From Actinomycetota bacterium (GTDB taxonomy: Bacteria; Actinomycetota; Acidimicrobiia; Spongiisociales; ZC4RG35), in contig JBQTHI010000044.1 in the NCBI GenBank assembly GCA_052390035.1, positions 6,797 through 70,796 of the forward strand: 64,000 nt of DNA. Direction: 5' to 3'. The notes beneath the pieces were generated by a model. It was not told where the DNA came from. It saw only the letters and a list, made by a program, of their open reading frames with translations, and ran no database searches. Below are positions 56,869-64,000 of the stretch, piece by piece. The first letter of the stretch is position 1, and every line of letters begins with the position of its first letter. Both the position numbers and the translations under genes were made by a program.

Positions 56869-57261
56869 ATGACCGTTGACGCCGCGAGCCTGCAGGTGGT
56901 GCCCGTGCTCGCCGGGTTGGACGATGACACGACCAGTTATCTGGTTGGGCACATGCAGGAGGTGACCGTTCCGGTCGGTGGTCACCTCGTCAAGGCCGGT
57001 GATTTTGCCTATCGGTTTTTTGCCATTCTCGAGGGAAGCGCGGTGGTCGAGCGCGATGGCTCGTCAGTGGCGACGCTCGAAACGGGCGACGTCTTTGGGG
57101 AGATGGCCCTGCTCGACGACATTCGTCGCAACGCCGACGTGGTCGCCAGCTCGTGGATGCGGGTAGCCGCTTTGATGTCGTGGGACTTTCGCGACGCTAT
57201 GGACCGGTTTGCAGAGTTCCGTCGGCGAATCGACGCCCTGGTGGCTGAGCGGACCCGTTAA
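56869..57261 (+). CDS. stand-alone cyclic-nucleotide-binding (cNMP) domain protein
   Basis: The motifs GDVFGEMALLD...RNADVVA are present. ATG 56869 follows GGAG. Confidence 0.6.
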   Translation: MTVDAASLQVVPVLAGLDDDTTSYLVGHMQEVTVPVGGHLVKAGDFAYRFFAILEGSAVVERDGSSVATLETGDVFGEMALLDDIRRNADVVASSWMRVAALMSWDFRDAMDRFAEFRRRIDALVAERTR

Positions 57262-59546
57262 ACGTAGCGGAGAGCCGATCGGTCGACCCGGCCCGACTCG
57301 AGAGCGCTCCGGATTTCGTCGGCGAAAGCTGTGCGGGCGTGCTGGGTTTCGGCTTGCGAGTCGAGCACGCCGCGGTTGGCGGCGAGCGCCAAACAATGCC
57401 GAAACACCACCGCCGAGACACTGTCGGCCGACACCAGACCTTTGAGCCGGTACTCCTCGCCCCTCTTCATGCACTCGGCCACCACTGCCTTCTCTTCGAC
57501 CGGGTCACCGGGTCGCAGAGCGGCAAGATGATCGGCGACAACCAGGTACGACTCGAGCAACGGAACCACAGCCCATTGGGCGACGCGGTAGCCCAGGTGG
57601 GAGAGCACCGCCGCCGCTGTCATCTGCTCCCAGCCGGGGACGGTCCGATCGAGGTCGGCTCGCACCACTTCCCTCCATGCTTCCTTTTCCGGGAAGAAGA
57701 ACTCGAATTTCATGAGGTCACGCACGGCGGCCACCCGTTCGAAGAGTTCCGCCTCGTAATCCCCCGCTAATCCGGGTCCCAGCCCGGTCAAGGCCAGCTC
57801 GGCCACGGCGCGGGGGACGAAATGGTGGACAACCACATTCCTGTAGTAGGAGGCTCTTAGCGCCTGCTCTGGGTTTAGGTAGAACACTTCTTCCGTCCCC
57901 TGGAAGACAGACACGTTGCCATGTTCCCCCAATAGGGTCAGGACCCGTCGCACTTCGCCAGGCTTGGACAGCGACAATGGCTCGGTGGTTGGAAGCCGGT
58001 GAGCCTCAATGAACGAGTCGAGTTCCGTACAGACTTCTACCAATTCGCCGAGAGTGCGCGCTCGGCCCCCCGCGTCCAGCAAGGCGATCGAGACAACCGA
58101 CGCCGGCGTTATCTGGGTAACGGCCGAAGTCCGGTACATGACCTCGAAGGCCAGTTTGGCCAGATCCATCGAACCTTCGCCGAAGTCGGTGCCCGCCATC
58201 GTCTTGGCCACCGACACCGGCTCTGCAAAGCGGATATGGATCTTGCCGTAACGACGCCGCAACGACCTGATGAAGGACAGCGCCCACCCGAGGGACTCGC
58301 TTTGCTTTCCGCCTCCGCGGGCTTCGGTGGCGTAGGAGGTGAGGTCCTGGATTTGGTCGTAGACGATCGAGGTGGGGATGAGCATCAGGTCGTCAGCCTT
58401 GCCCCGGCGCCAGGAGTCGACGGCATATGCGAGCAGTCCGAGTCGGGGGGGGAGAAGCTTTCCGGTACGAGATCGACCACCCTCCAGGTACCACTCCAGC
58501 GGGAAACGATTCTCGACCAGATAGTCGAGGTAGCCCCGGAGCACGAACCTATAGAGTTCGTTTCCTTTGAAGGTCCGTCGGATGAAAAAGACGCCGGTGC
58601 CACGCACCAGCGGGCCCACCGGGAAAAAGTTCATGTTGATACCGCCCGCGGTGTGGTTGGGAGGCAGGTCGTTTTCCCATTTCAGGAACTGGAGGGCGAG
58701 ACGGTCGAGGTTTGAGCGGTGGGAGGGAAGGAACACCAGCGGTACTTCGAGGCCCAGGGCGCTTAGCTCGGCCGCCTGCTGCCTGTCGTATTCGATTCCT
58801 CCATAACCTTGACGGATGATCCAGTGAATCAAGTTGGCTATCAGGTCGATCACAAACGGGCTGTGATTGGCCGCCATCTCCCGGAGGTAATGACGGGCGC
58901 GGGCCAAAGCGACCTTTTCATCCAATCCCCGCAGGGCGCCGAACCGGGTCGCTCCCTCGCCGAAGCTCGCCCGCGACCAGATCTCCTGATGGACAAAACG
59001 GGGAACCTTGTAACGGTTGCCGCGCAGCACCCGCTCGGCTTTCTCCAAAGCGAGCCACGCTCGACGGGTGGCGAACTCGGCAAGCGAGCTCACCTCGACG
59101 GCGGCGTGGTGATCGTCGACCAGGCGTGAGGCCTCCGCCCCCGGACCGGTGATGATGGTCACCCGATCGGGCCATCTCGCCAATATCACCCTTTGGCGCA
59201 GAGCGTCCGGATCGCGGGGGTCACCCAGCTTGAGGACGTCCCACCAGGAAACCGCCCGGCCGCCACCGCGGGCATGGGGGGACCACGCCACACGGATGGG
59301 AAATACAAACGGATTGTCGCCGGCCTTGAGGCGCCGCTCCAACCCGGGATCGGTCCAAACGGGTTTGCGTCGTCGGGAGGGGGCAAGGCGGAACGTAACA
59401 ACTTCGACTGCGGTCGGCAGGTGCCGCTCCACCCAAGCGCCCAACATCTCGGCCTCAATTCGGCTCGAGGCGTCAAGCAGAACCACGACCGGCCCGGATC
59501 GGGGGGCGTCGGCCGGCCAGCCCGCTTCCTCTACCTTGGTGGTCAC
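57258..59546 (-). CDS. plsB: glycerol-3-phosphate acyltransferase PlsB
   Basis: About 760 aa. The H(x4)D acyltransferase motif LPSHRSNLD is present. The start is trimmed to GTG 59546; the track ATG at 59624 would overlap dtd. Confidence 0.7.
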   Translation of the reverse strand: MTTKVEEAGWPADAPRSGPVVVLLDASSRIEAEMLGAWVERHLPTAVEVVTFRLAPSRRRKPVWTDPGLERRLKAGDNPFVFPIRVAWSPHARGGGRAVSWWDVLKLGDPRDPDALRQRVILARWPDRVTIITGPGAEASRLVDDHHAAVEVSSLAEFATRRAWLALEKAERVLRGNRYKVPRFVHQEIWSRASFGEGATRFGALRGLDEKVALARARHYLREMAANHSPFVIDLIANLIHWIIRQGYGGIEYDRQQAAELSALGLEVPLVFLPSHRSNLDRLALQFLKWENDLPPNHTAGGINMNFFPVGPLVRGTGVFFIRRTFKGNELYRFVLRGYLDYLVENRFPLEWYLEGGRSRTGKLLPPRLGLLAYAVDSWRRGKADDLMLIPTSIVYDQIQDLTSYATEARGGGKQSESLGWALSFIRSLRRRYGKIHIRFAEPVSVAKTMAGTDFGEGSMDLAKLAFEVMYRTSAVTQITPASVVSIALLDAGGRARTLGELVEVCTELDSFIEAHRLPTTEPLSLSKPGEVRRVLTLLGEHGNVSVFQGTEEVFYLNPEQALRASYYRNVVVHHFVPRAVAELALTGLGPGLAGDYEAELFERVAAVRDLMKFEFFFPEKEAWREVVRADLDRTVPGWEQMTAAAVLSHLGYRVAQWAVVPLLESYLVVADHLAALRPGDPVEEKAVVAECMKRGEEYRLKGLVSADSVSAVVFRHCLALAANRGVLDSQAETQHARTAFADEIRSALESGRVDRSALRYV

Positions 59547-59590
59547 TTGCCGATCATACGGACACAACCGCCCGATGCTTAGATCGCCCG

Positions 59591-60046
59591 GTGAGAGCAG
59601 TCGTGCAGCGGGTGAGCCGGGCATCGGTAACGGTCGACGGCGAGGTCGTCGGTACGATCGGAAACGGTCTCCTGGTCCTCGTCGGTGTGACCCACCAAGA
59701 CACCGACGCTGATGCTGTCACCCTCGCCGACAAGCTGGTCGCTTTGCGGATCTTTCGAGACGATGACGACCGCATGAATCGGTCGGTGACTGAGGAAAAA
59801 GGTGGAGTGCTGATCATCAGCCAGTTCACGTTGTATGGGACGGTTCGCGGCGGACGGCGCCCCTCTTTCGTCGAGGCTGCCCCACCCCCGCAGGCCGAGC
59901 CGCTGGTCGGGCTGGTGGCGGCCCGGATCGCCCAGGCCAACATCGAAGTCGCCACCGGGCGGTTTGGAGCGATGATGATGGTTGAGCTGATCAACGACGG
60001 CCCGGTGACGCTGGTCATCGAAACGAGCGGCGGCTCGGTGGTCTGA
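59591..60046 (+). CDS. dtd: D-aminoacyl-tRNA deacylase
   Basis: MRAVVQRVSRASVTV...GLLVLVGV...SQFTL is collinear with Dtd. The start is GTG. Confidence 0.8.
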   Translation: MRAVVQRVSRASVTVDGEVVGTIGNGLLVLVGVTHQDTDADAVTLADKLVALRIFRDDDDRMNRSVTEEKGGVLIISQFTLYGTVRGGRRPSFVEAAPPPQAEPLVGLVAARIAQANIEVATGRFGAMMMVELINDGPVTLVIETSGGSVV

Positions 60047-60644
60047 GGACGTGCTCGACGGTCATCGGATTTTGGGCATCTCGCCATGCCTTGGGGATCA
60101 GGAGCACCGCCACTCCTAACCCCAACCAGAGGAGACCCGGCCCGGCAGTAAGACCCCAACCGGTCGGCCATCCCTGGTCGGCCCACATCCACCCGGCCGC
60201 CAAATAGAAAGTAATCGTGACGATCGTGGCGATGCCGCTTCGGCGGGTGATGATCAGCGTCCCCGCCAGTACCAACAGGACGGGGACGATGACCGTTGGC
60301 CAAGCGGCGAGTGTGACCCCGGCGGTGATCCCCAGGCCTTTGCCACCACGACGCCGGAGGAACGGGTTGTAGATGTTGCCTGCAATCGCCCCGATGCCCG
60401 CCGCCACCATCGCCGGGTCCCCGCCAGCCAGGCCGCCCAGCCAAGCAGCGATCGCCCCTTTATTCATCTCCACCGCCAACACTGCCGCCGCCAGGCGCGG
60501 GCCCCCCAGGCGCAGAGCGTTATTCGCTCCGGGGTTTCGGCTTCCTTCTGCGCGAAGATCGACTCCCCGCCTTCGTGCCAAGAAATCGGCGGTCGGAATG
60601 CCGCCCCAAAGATACCCGACGAGGGCGGCGAGCAGCGAAGTCAT
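60015..60644 (-). CDS. plsY: glycerol-3-phosphate acyltransferase PlsY
   Basis: The motif GSRNPGANN and 5 TM helices are present. The start overlaps the helicase stop (ATGA). Confidence 0.8.
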   Translation of the reverse strand: MTSLLAALVGYLWGGIPTADFLARRRGVDLRAEGSRNPGANNALRLGGPRLAAAVLAVEMNKGAIAAWLGGLAGGDPAMVAAGIGAIAGNIYNPFLRRRGGKGLGITAGVTLAAWPTVIVPVLLVLAGTLIITRRSGIATIVTITFYLAAGWMWADQGWPTGWGLTAGPGLLWLGLGVAVLLIPKAWRDAQNPMTVEHVLRPPSRRSFR

Positions 60645-63600
60645 CGGAGAGAAGCCTGGCCTTCCGGGCAGAACGTTAGGAAGTCACAGCCTGCGCACAG
60701 GGGGGATGGTCGGGGGTGATAGTCCTCATCGGCGATCGCGTCGGCCAAAGCGGATAGCCGCGACCGGGCCCTTCGCAGCCACTCCCCGTCGACAACTTCG
60801 CTTACCTCTTCCAAACCTGATGAGAGGTACGCGAAGGTGGCCGTCATCGAGGTGGGGATGGAGGGTGCCAGGGCACCCGTGTCGGCTGCGACTGCATAGG
60901 CCTCGAGCTGAACCTTGCTCGACGGGTCGTCGGGACGCCGTCCCGACTTGAAGTCGACGATCTCCCAGTGGCCAGGCTTCGGCTCATAGACCGCATCGAC
61001 CCTCCCCTTGATCCGAAGCGAGCCGAGGCCCAACTCGAAGGGTTGCTCGACCAAGAGTGGATGGGCTCCGGCAAAACGGCTGCTCTTGAATGCTCCTAAC
61101 GGATCCGTCTTCGACCAACCGGCGCCGCCGTCGGCCAGCGATGCCTCGTCTACCGCCACAGGCGCGTCGTAGAGGCCATCGATGAGATCGGTAATGGGAA
61201 GCTGGCGGCGATTGTGCAGTTCGATCAGGCGGTGGATCTCGGTCCCTCGCCGGGCGGCAGGGTTGGGACGCCGGGGCAGCCGCTCGACCTCAGACCAGAA
61301 GAATCGTTTCGGGCATTGGGCATATGTGACCATTCCGGTAACCGAAGTTTGGATGCCGGTCGGAGAGACGGTGGCGGCCGGTTCAGGCAGGTCGAAGAGC
61401 ATCCCTTGGAAGCGTTGGAGGTGTTGTTGGTATGGTCGGTCGATGTCAAGTTCGGCGGCCTGCCCCGCCGCCCATCCGTGGTGGTCCATTTCGTGGCGGA
61501 CTGCACCCGTCCAGCCCTGGGGGAAGTGGGGATCGGGGGCTTGGGGATCGGGCTCAAAGCGGAGTAACAGGGGAGCGGGAGGAGGCTCTTTGGCTGGTCT
61601 CGATTCGACCCTGGTCTGCGGTTGCTGGCTCACTATCTCCCAGAGCCGGCTTGGGCCGACCGGTCTTTTCCTGGGGATCGGGTGTCCGTACCACGAAGCA
61701 CCGCTGACGAAAAGGCGCTGTTTGGCGCGCGTCACGGCGACGTAGGCGATCCTCCATTCTTGCCGCTCCTGAACCGCCGAAAGCAGCCGGTCGGCGGTAG
61801 CCGGATCGATCCCCTGGTGGAGTGGAGGCAGCCACTCACGGTCGACTCGGTATTCGTACGGGAGATACTTGGCCACTTTGTAGGGGTTCTCTTTGGGCAT
61901 GCCGCCGCTTGGAAAATTGTGGTGGTAGCAAGCGGGGAGAAAGACGACTTCCCACTCGAGGCCTTTGGCCCGGTGGACAGTCACCAGCGTCACCGCGTTC
62001 TCTCCCGAGAGTCTGGCGGTGTCCAGCTCCTCGGTTTGGTCGCGCTCCATTAGATCCAAATACGACACGAAGGCCCCGAGCGACGGCCGGCCTTCGAGCG
62101 GACTCCACTCTTCGGTAAGGTCGAGAAACCGATAAAGATTTAGCCGGGCGGTGAGCTGGCCACTATCGGGCAACGCGGCGAGGTCGTTCCAAGCTCCGGT
62201 CCGATCGAGAATTTGGCGGCATAGCTCGACCAAGGAGACCCCCTGTGCCGCGGCCAGCAAGTGGCGGTAGTGCTCGCCAAAACGCCTCATCGCTCCCTCG
62301 GCCTCCGCCCGAAGTCCGTTGAGCTCGTCGATGTGCTCAATGGCTTCAACCAGACTAAAAACCCGTACAGGGTCATGCTCGAGTGGCTCGGACGCGGAGT
62401 TGTCGGCAGCCCTGACCCAGTCGGCGAGTTTGACCACATCACCTATGCCGAGGCGGAATCGACTTCCCATGAGAAGGCGGTAAAGGGCAGGCCCGTCGCT
62501 CGGGTTATGGAGAATGCGGAGCCAGCAACGCAGGTCGGCGACCTCGGGCACCGCCAGCAGGCCACCGAGGTTGGCCACTTCGACGGGGATATCGGCCGCC
62601 CGGAGGGCGTCGTGGACGAGGATCATGTCCTTGTTCTTGCGAAACAGGATCGCCATCTCACGCCATTGATGTTGATCAGACAGGATGGAGATCTGGCGTG
62701 CTATCCACTCGGCCTCGACGACGGCGTCGGGGTGCCAGGCAGCCACCACCTCCCCGCCGATCCGGTGGTCGAGCGGCTTCAGCCTCCACTCCACTGACCC
62801 AGCTTCGCCTTTGATCCGGTTGGCCAGATCGATGATGTTCGGGAGTGAACGCCGATTTTGGCTGAGGGGAAGGGTGGGCGCCTCCCGGCCGTCGGCGGCG
62901 GGAAACTGATCGGGGAAACGTTCGAAGTTGGACGGTGAGGCCCCCCGCCATTCGTAGATGGTCTGGTCGGCATCCCCCACTGCGGTCACGGGAAATCCCG
63001 CCCCGAAGAGCGCTTGGATCAGTCGGCGCTGGGCGGGGTTGGTGTCCTGATATTCGTCGAGCATCACCGCCCGATAGCGGGACCTGATCTCCCGGGCGAC
63101 GTCTGGATGAGATGTCACCAATCTATGAGCGAAGACGATCAGGTCGCTGTAGTCGACCACTCCCAGCCTGCGCTTTTCGGCGTCGTAGTGCGCCAACGCC
63201 ACCAGGAGATCCGCTCTCGCCACCCACGGATCGTCCGGGGCGTGGACCGGTATGGTCACCTGTTCGGGACTGAGCAGATGGTCCCCCAGCGCCGACCCGA
63301 GCCGGCGTATGTCCTCGACGATAAAAGGGTTGGCGACATTGAGGTGGGGGAGCGGTACCGCTGCGACCACCTCGAACAGGAGCTGGCGGGAGTATGTCGG
63401 GGTGATGAGCAGGGCGTCCCTCTCTATCCCGACGAGGGCGCCGAACTCGCGCAATATTTGTGCGGCGAACCCGTGATAGGTATGGACTTCAACCTCCCGG
63501 CCCGGGTCGGTGGCCAGCTCTTTCCCCATTAGACGTGCCAGCTCCTGTCGGATCCGGTCGGCTAACTCAGCCGCCGCCTTGTTGGTGAAGGTGATTCCGA

Positions 63601-63811
63601 GAACCTGTTCGGGCGCGATGTCATGGTTGGCAATCAGGTGGGCGACACGTAAGGCCACGGTGGTCGTCTTCCCGGTTCCGGCGCCGGCCGACACTCGTAA
63701 CGGCATGAGACCGGCGGTGATGATCTCCTCTTGCTCGGCGGTAGGGACGATCACGAGACGAAAGCTTCCCTTCCCTCGGGCCATGCCGGACAGCAAAGAC
63801 GCACCGGACAA
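60641..63811 (-). CDS. UvrD-family ATP-dependent helicase fused to C-terminal RecB-like nuclease (AdnB/AddA-like)
   Basis: Walker A is AGAGTGKTT. UvrD helicase motifs run throughout. The C-terminal PD-(D/E)XK nuclease region ends with CAGCDFLTFC (CxxCx5C). The start is TTG 63811 or ATG 63784. Confidence 0.75.
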   Translation of the reverse strand: MSGASLLSGMARGKGSFRLVIVPTAEQEEIITAGLMPLRVSAGAGTGKTTTVALRVAHLIANHDIAPEQVLGITFTNKAAAELADRIRQELARLMGKELATDPGREVEVHTYHGFAAQILREFGALVGIERDALLITPTYSRQLLFEVVAAVPLPHLNVANPFIVEDIRRLGSALGDHLLSPEQVTIPVHAPDDPWVARADLLVALAHYDAEKRRLGVVDYSDLIVFAHRLVTSHPDVAREIRSRYRAVMLDEYQDTNPAQRRLIQALFGAGFPVTAVGDADQTIYEWRGASPSNFERFPDQFPAADGREAPTLPLSQNRRSLPNIIDLANRIKGEAGSVEWRLKPLDHRIGGEVVAAWHPDAVVEAEWIARQISILSDQHQWREMAILFRKNKDMILVHDALRAADIPVEVANLGGLLAVPEVADLRCWLRILHNPSDGPALYRLLMGSRFRLGIGDVVKLADWVRAADNSASEPLEHDPVRVFSLVEAIEHIDELNGLRAEAEGAMRRFGEHYRHLLAAAQGVSLVELCRQILDRTGAWNDLAALPDSGQLTARLNLYRFLDLTEEWSPLEGRPSLGAFVSYLDLMERDQTEELDTARLSGENAVTLVTVHRAKGLEWEVVFLPACYHHNFPSGGMPKENPYKVAKYLPYEYRVDREWLPPLHQGIDPATADRLLSAVQERQEWRIAYVAVTRAKQRLFVSGASWYGHPIPRKRPVGPSRLWEIVSQQPQTRVESRPAKEPPPAPLLLRFEPDPQAPDPHFPQGWTGAVRHEMDHHGWAAGQAAELDIDRPYQQHLQRFQGMLFDLPEPAATVSPTGIQTSVTGMVTYAQCPKRFFWSEVERLPRRPNPAARRGTEIHRLIELHNRRQLPITDLIDGLYDAPVAVDEASLADGGAGWSKTDPLGAFKSSRFAGAHPLLVEQPFELGLGSLRIKGRVDAVYEPKPGHWEIVDFKSGRRPDDPSSKVQLEAYAVAADTGALAPSIPTSMTATFAYLSSGLEEVSEVVDGEWLRRARSRLSALADAIADEDYHPRPSPLCAGCDFLTFCPEGQASLR

Positions 63812-64000
63812 CGGTCACAGTGGGGTCCGGGAGTAGCGTCCCACCTCTCGGCCGTGATTCGACGCCCCACTACGACCATTCGCCGCTCGACGTCGGCGAC
63901 CTGGTCCATGTCGAACTGCGAGACCGTCCTTCTGGCCAGCGGGTACCACAGCTCGGCGGCGCTTACCCAGCCCCACGAGCTGACCTCATGATCGTGGCGA
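63751..64000 (-). CDS. 3' end of upstream helicase-nuclease partner (AdnA-like), gene start outside window
   Basis: An open minus-strand frame runs from the window edge. A hand translation ends ...GPHCDRCPVRLCCPAW..., a CxxCx5C cluster like the one at the C-terminus of the neighbouring helicase-nuclease. The exact stop is uncertain by about 1 nt (see noticed_but_rejected). Confidence 0.3.
   Translation of the reverse strand, partial: RHDHEVSSWGWVSAAELWYPLARRTVSQFDMDQVADVERRMVVVGRRITAERWDATPGPHCDRCPVRLCCPAWPEGREAFVS

Noticed and set aside
63720-63782. Apparent 1-nt inconsistency between my hand translation of this stretch and the protein strings in the supplied ORF track (helicase N-terminus MARGKGSF...).
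   Set aside because: It is most likely my own reading error. The track's ORF lengths and end coordinates are mutually consistent. It is not reported as a frameshift or pseudogene. It does make the exact stop of the partial edge ORF (about 63751) uncertain by about 1 nt.
1-64000. Looked for rRNA, tRNA, CRISPR repeats, IS elements, integrases and phage genes.
   Set aside because: None were recognisable. All gaps between called genes are under 130 nt and lack tRNA-like cloverleaf potential. No direct-repeat arrays exist other than the two short tandem repeats reported.

Overview
This is a high-GC (about 67-68%), gene-dense chromosomal segment that looks actinobacterial; SLH domains and the gene content make a deeply branching Actinobacteria/Acidimicrobiia-like lineage plausible. 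I call about 57 protein-coding genes, many with 1-4 nt stop/start overlaps consistent with operons. I could not recognise any rRNA, tRNA, CRISPR array, IS element or phage gene. The ORF track counts ATG, GTG and TTG as starts, so several of its N-termini are over-extended and I trimmed them.

Gene content in order:
- menaquinone genes menD (5' truncated) and menF;
- murI, a divergent SufE/rhodanese pair, and malQ;
- a lipid/branched-chain beta-oxidation cluster: mcr, fadD, a split MFE-2-like SDR plus double-hotdog hydratase, and fadE;
- a secreted HExxH metalloprotease with three SLH repeats;
- an L,D-transpeptidase lipoprotein, an S9 peptidase with a TolB-like partner, and pfkA;
- an operon-like run of eight same-strand genes at 24.9-37 kb (the large exported protein's start is an inferred ATG), containing an ABC-2 (NosY-like) transporter, a coiled-coil membrane protein with an in-frame (GQ)13 repeat, and a MoxR AAA+ / DUF58 / vWA / double-vWA (Bat-like) module;
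- a six-gene operon at 38.2-44.4 kb: membrane protein, MogA, XdhC, CoxG, a cupredoxin plus NosD-like beta-helix lipoprotein, and an SRPBCC-PDZ-DinB fusion;
- an HD-GYP phosphodiesterase with an unusual extracytoplasmic C-terminal tail;
- aceE and gpx;
- a B12-binding-type radical SAM protein ending in the rare CCAEP tail, followed by an ABC-2 exporter;
- CHRD, Rieske and cNMP-binding proteins;
- plsB, dtd and plsY, an AdnB-like helicase-nuclease, and the C-terminal fragment of an upstream partner at the window edge.

The most interesting candidates for an undescribed system are (i) the CCAEP-tail radical SAM plus exporter locus, (ii) the two neighbouring modules (MoxR/vWA/ABC-2, and MogA/XdhC/CoxG/cupredoxin-beta-helix) that together resemble an orphan Mo-Cu cofactor or copper-processing maturation island with no catalytic subunits in view, and (iii) two short tandem repeats, the (GQ)13 hexamer and a 14-mer x4 that abuts the moxR start codon. 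All functional calls come from motifs I recognised by eye; no database search was run.
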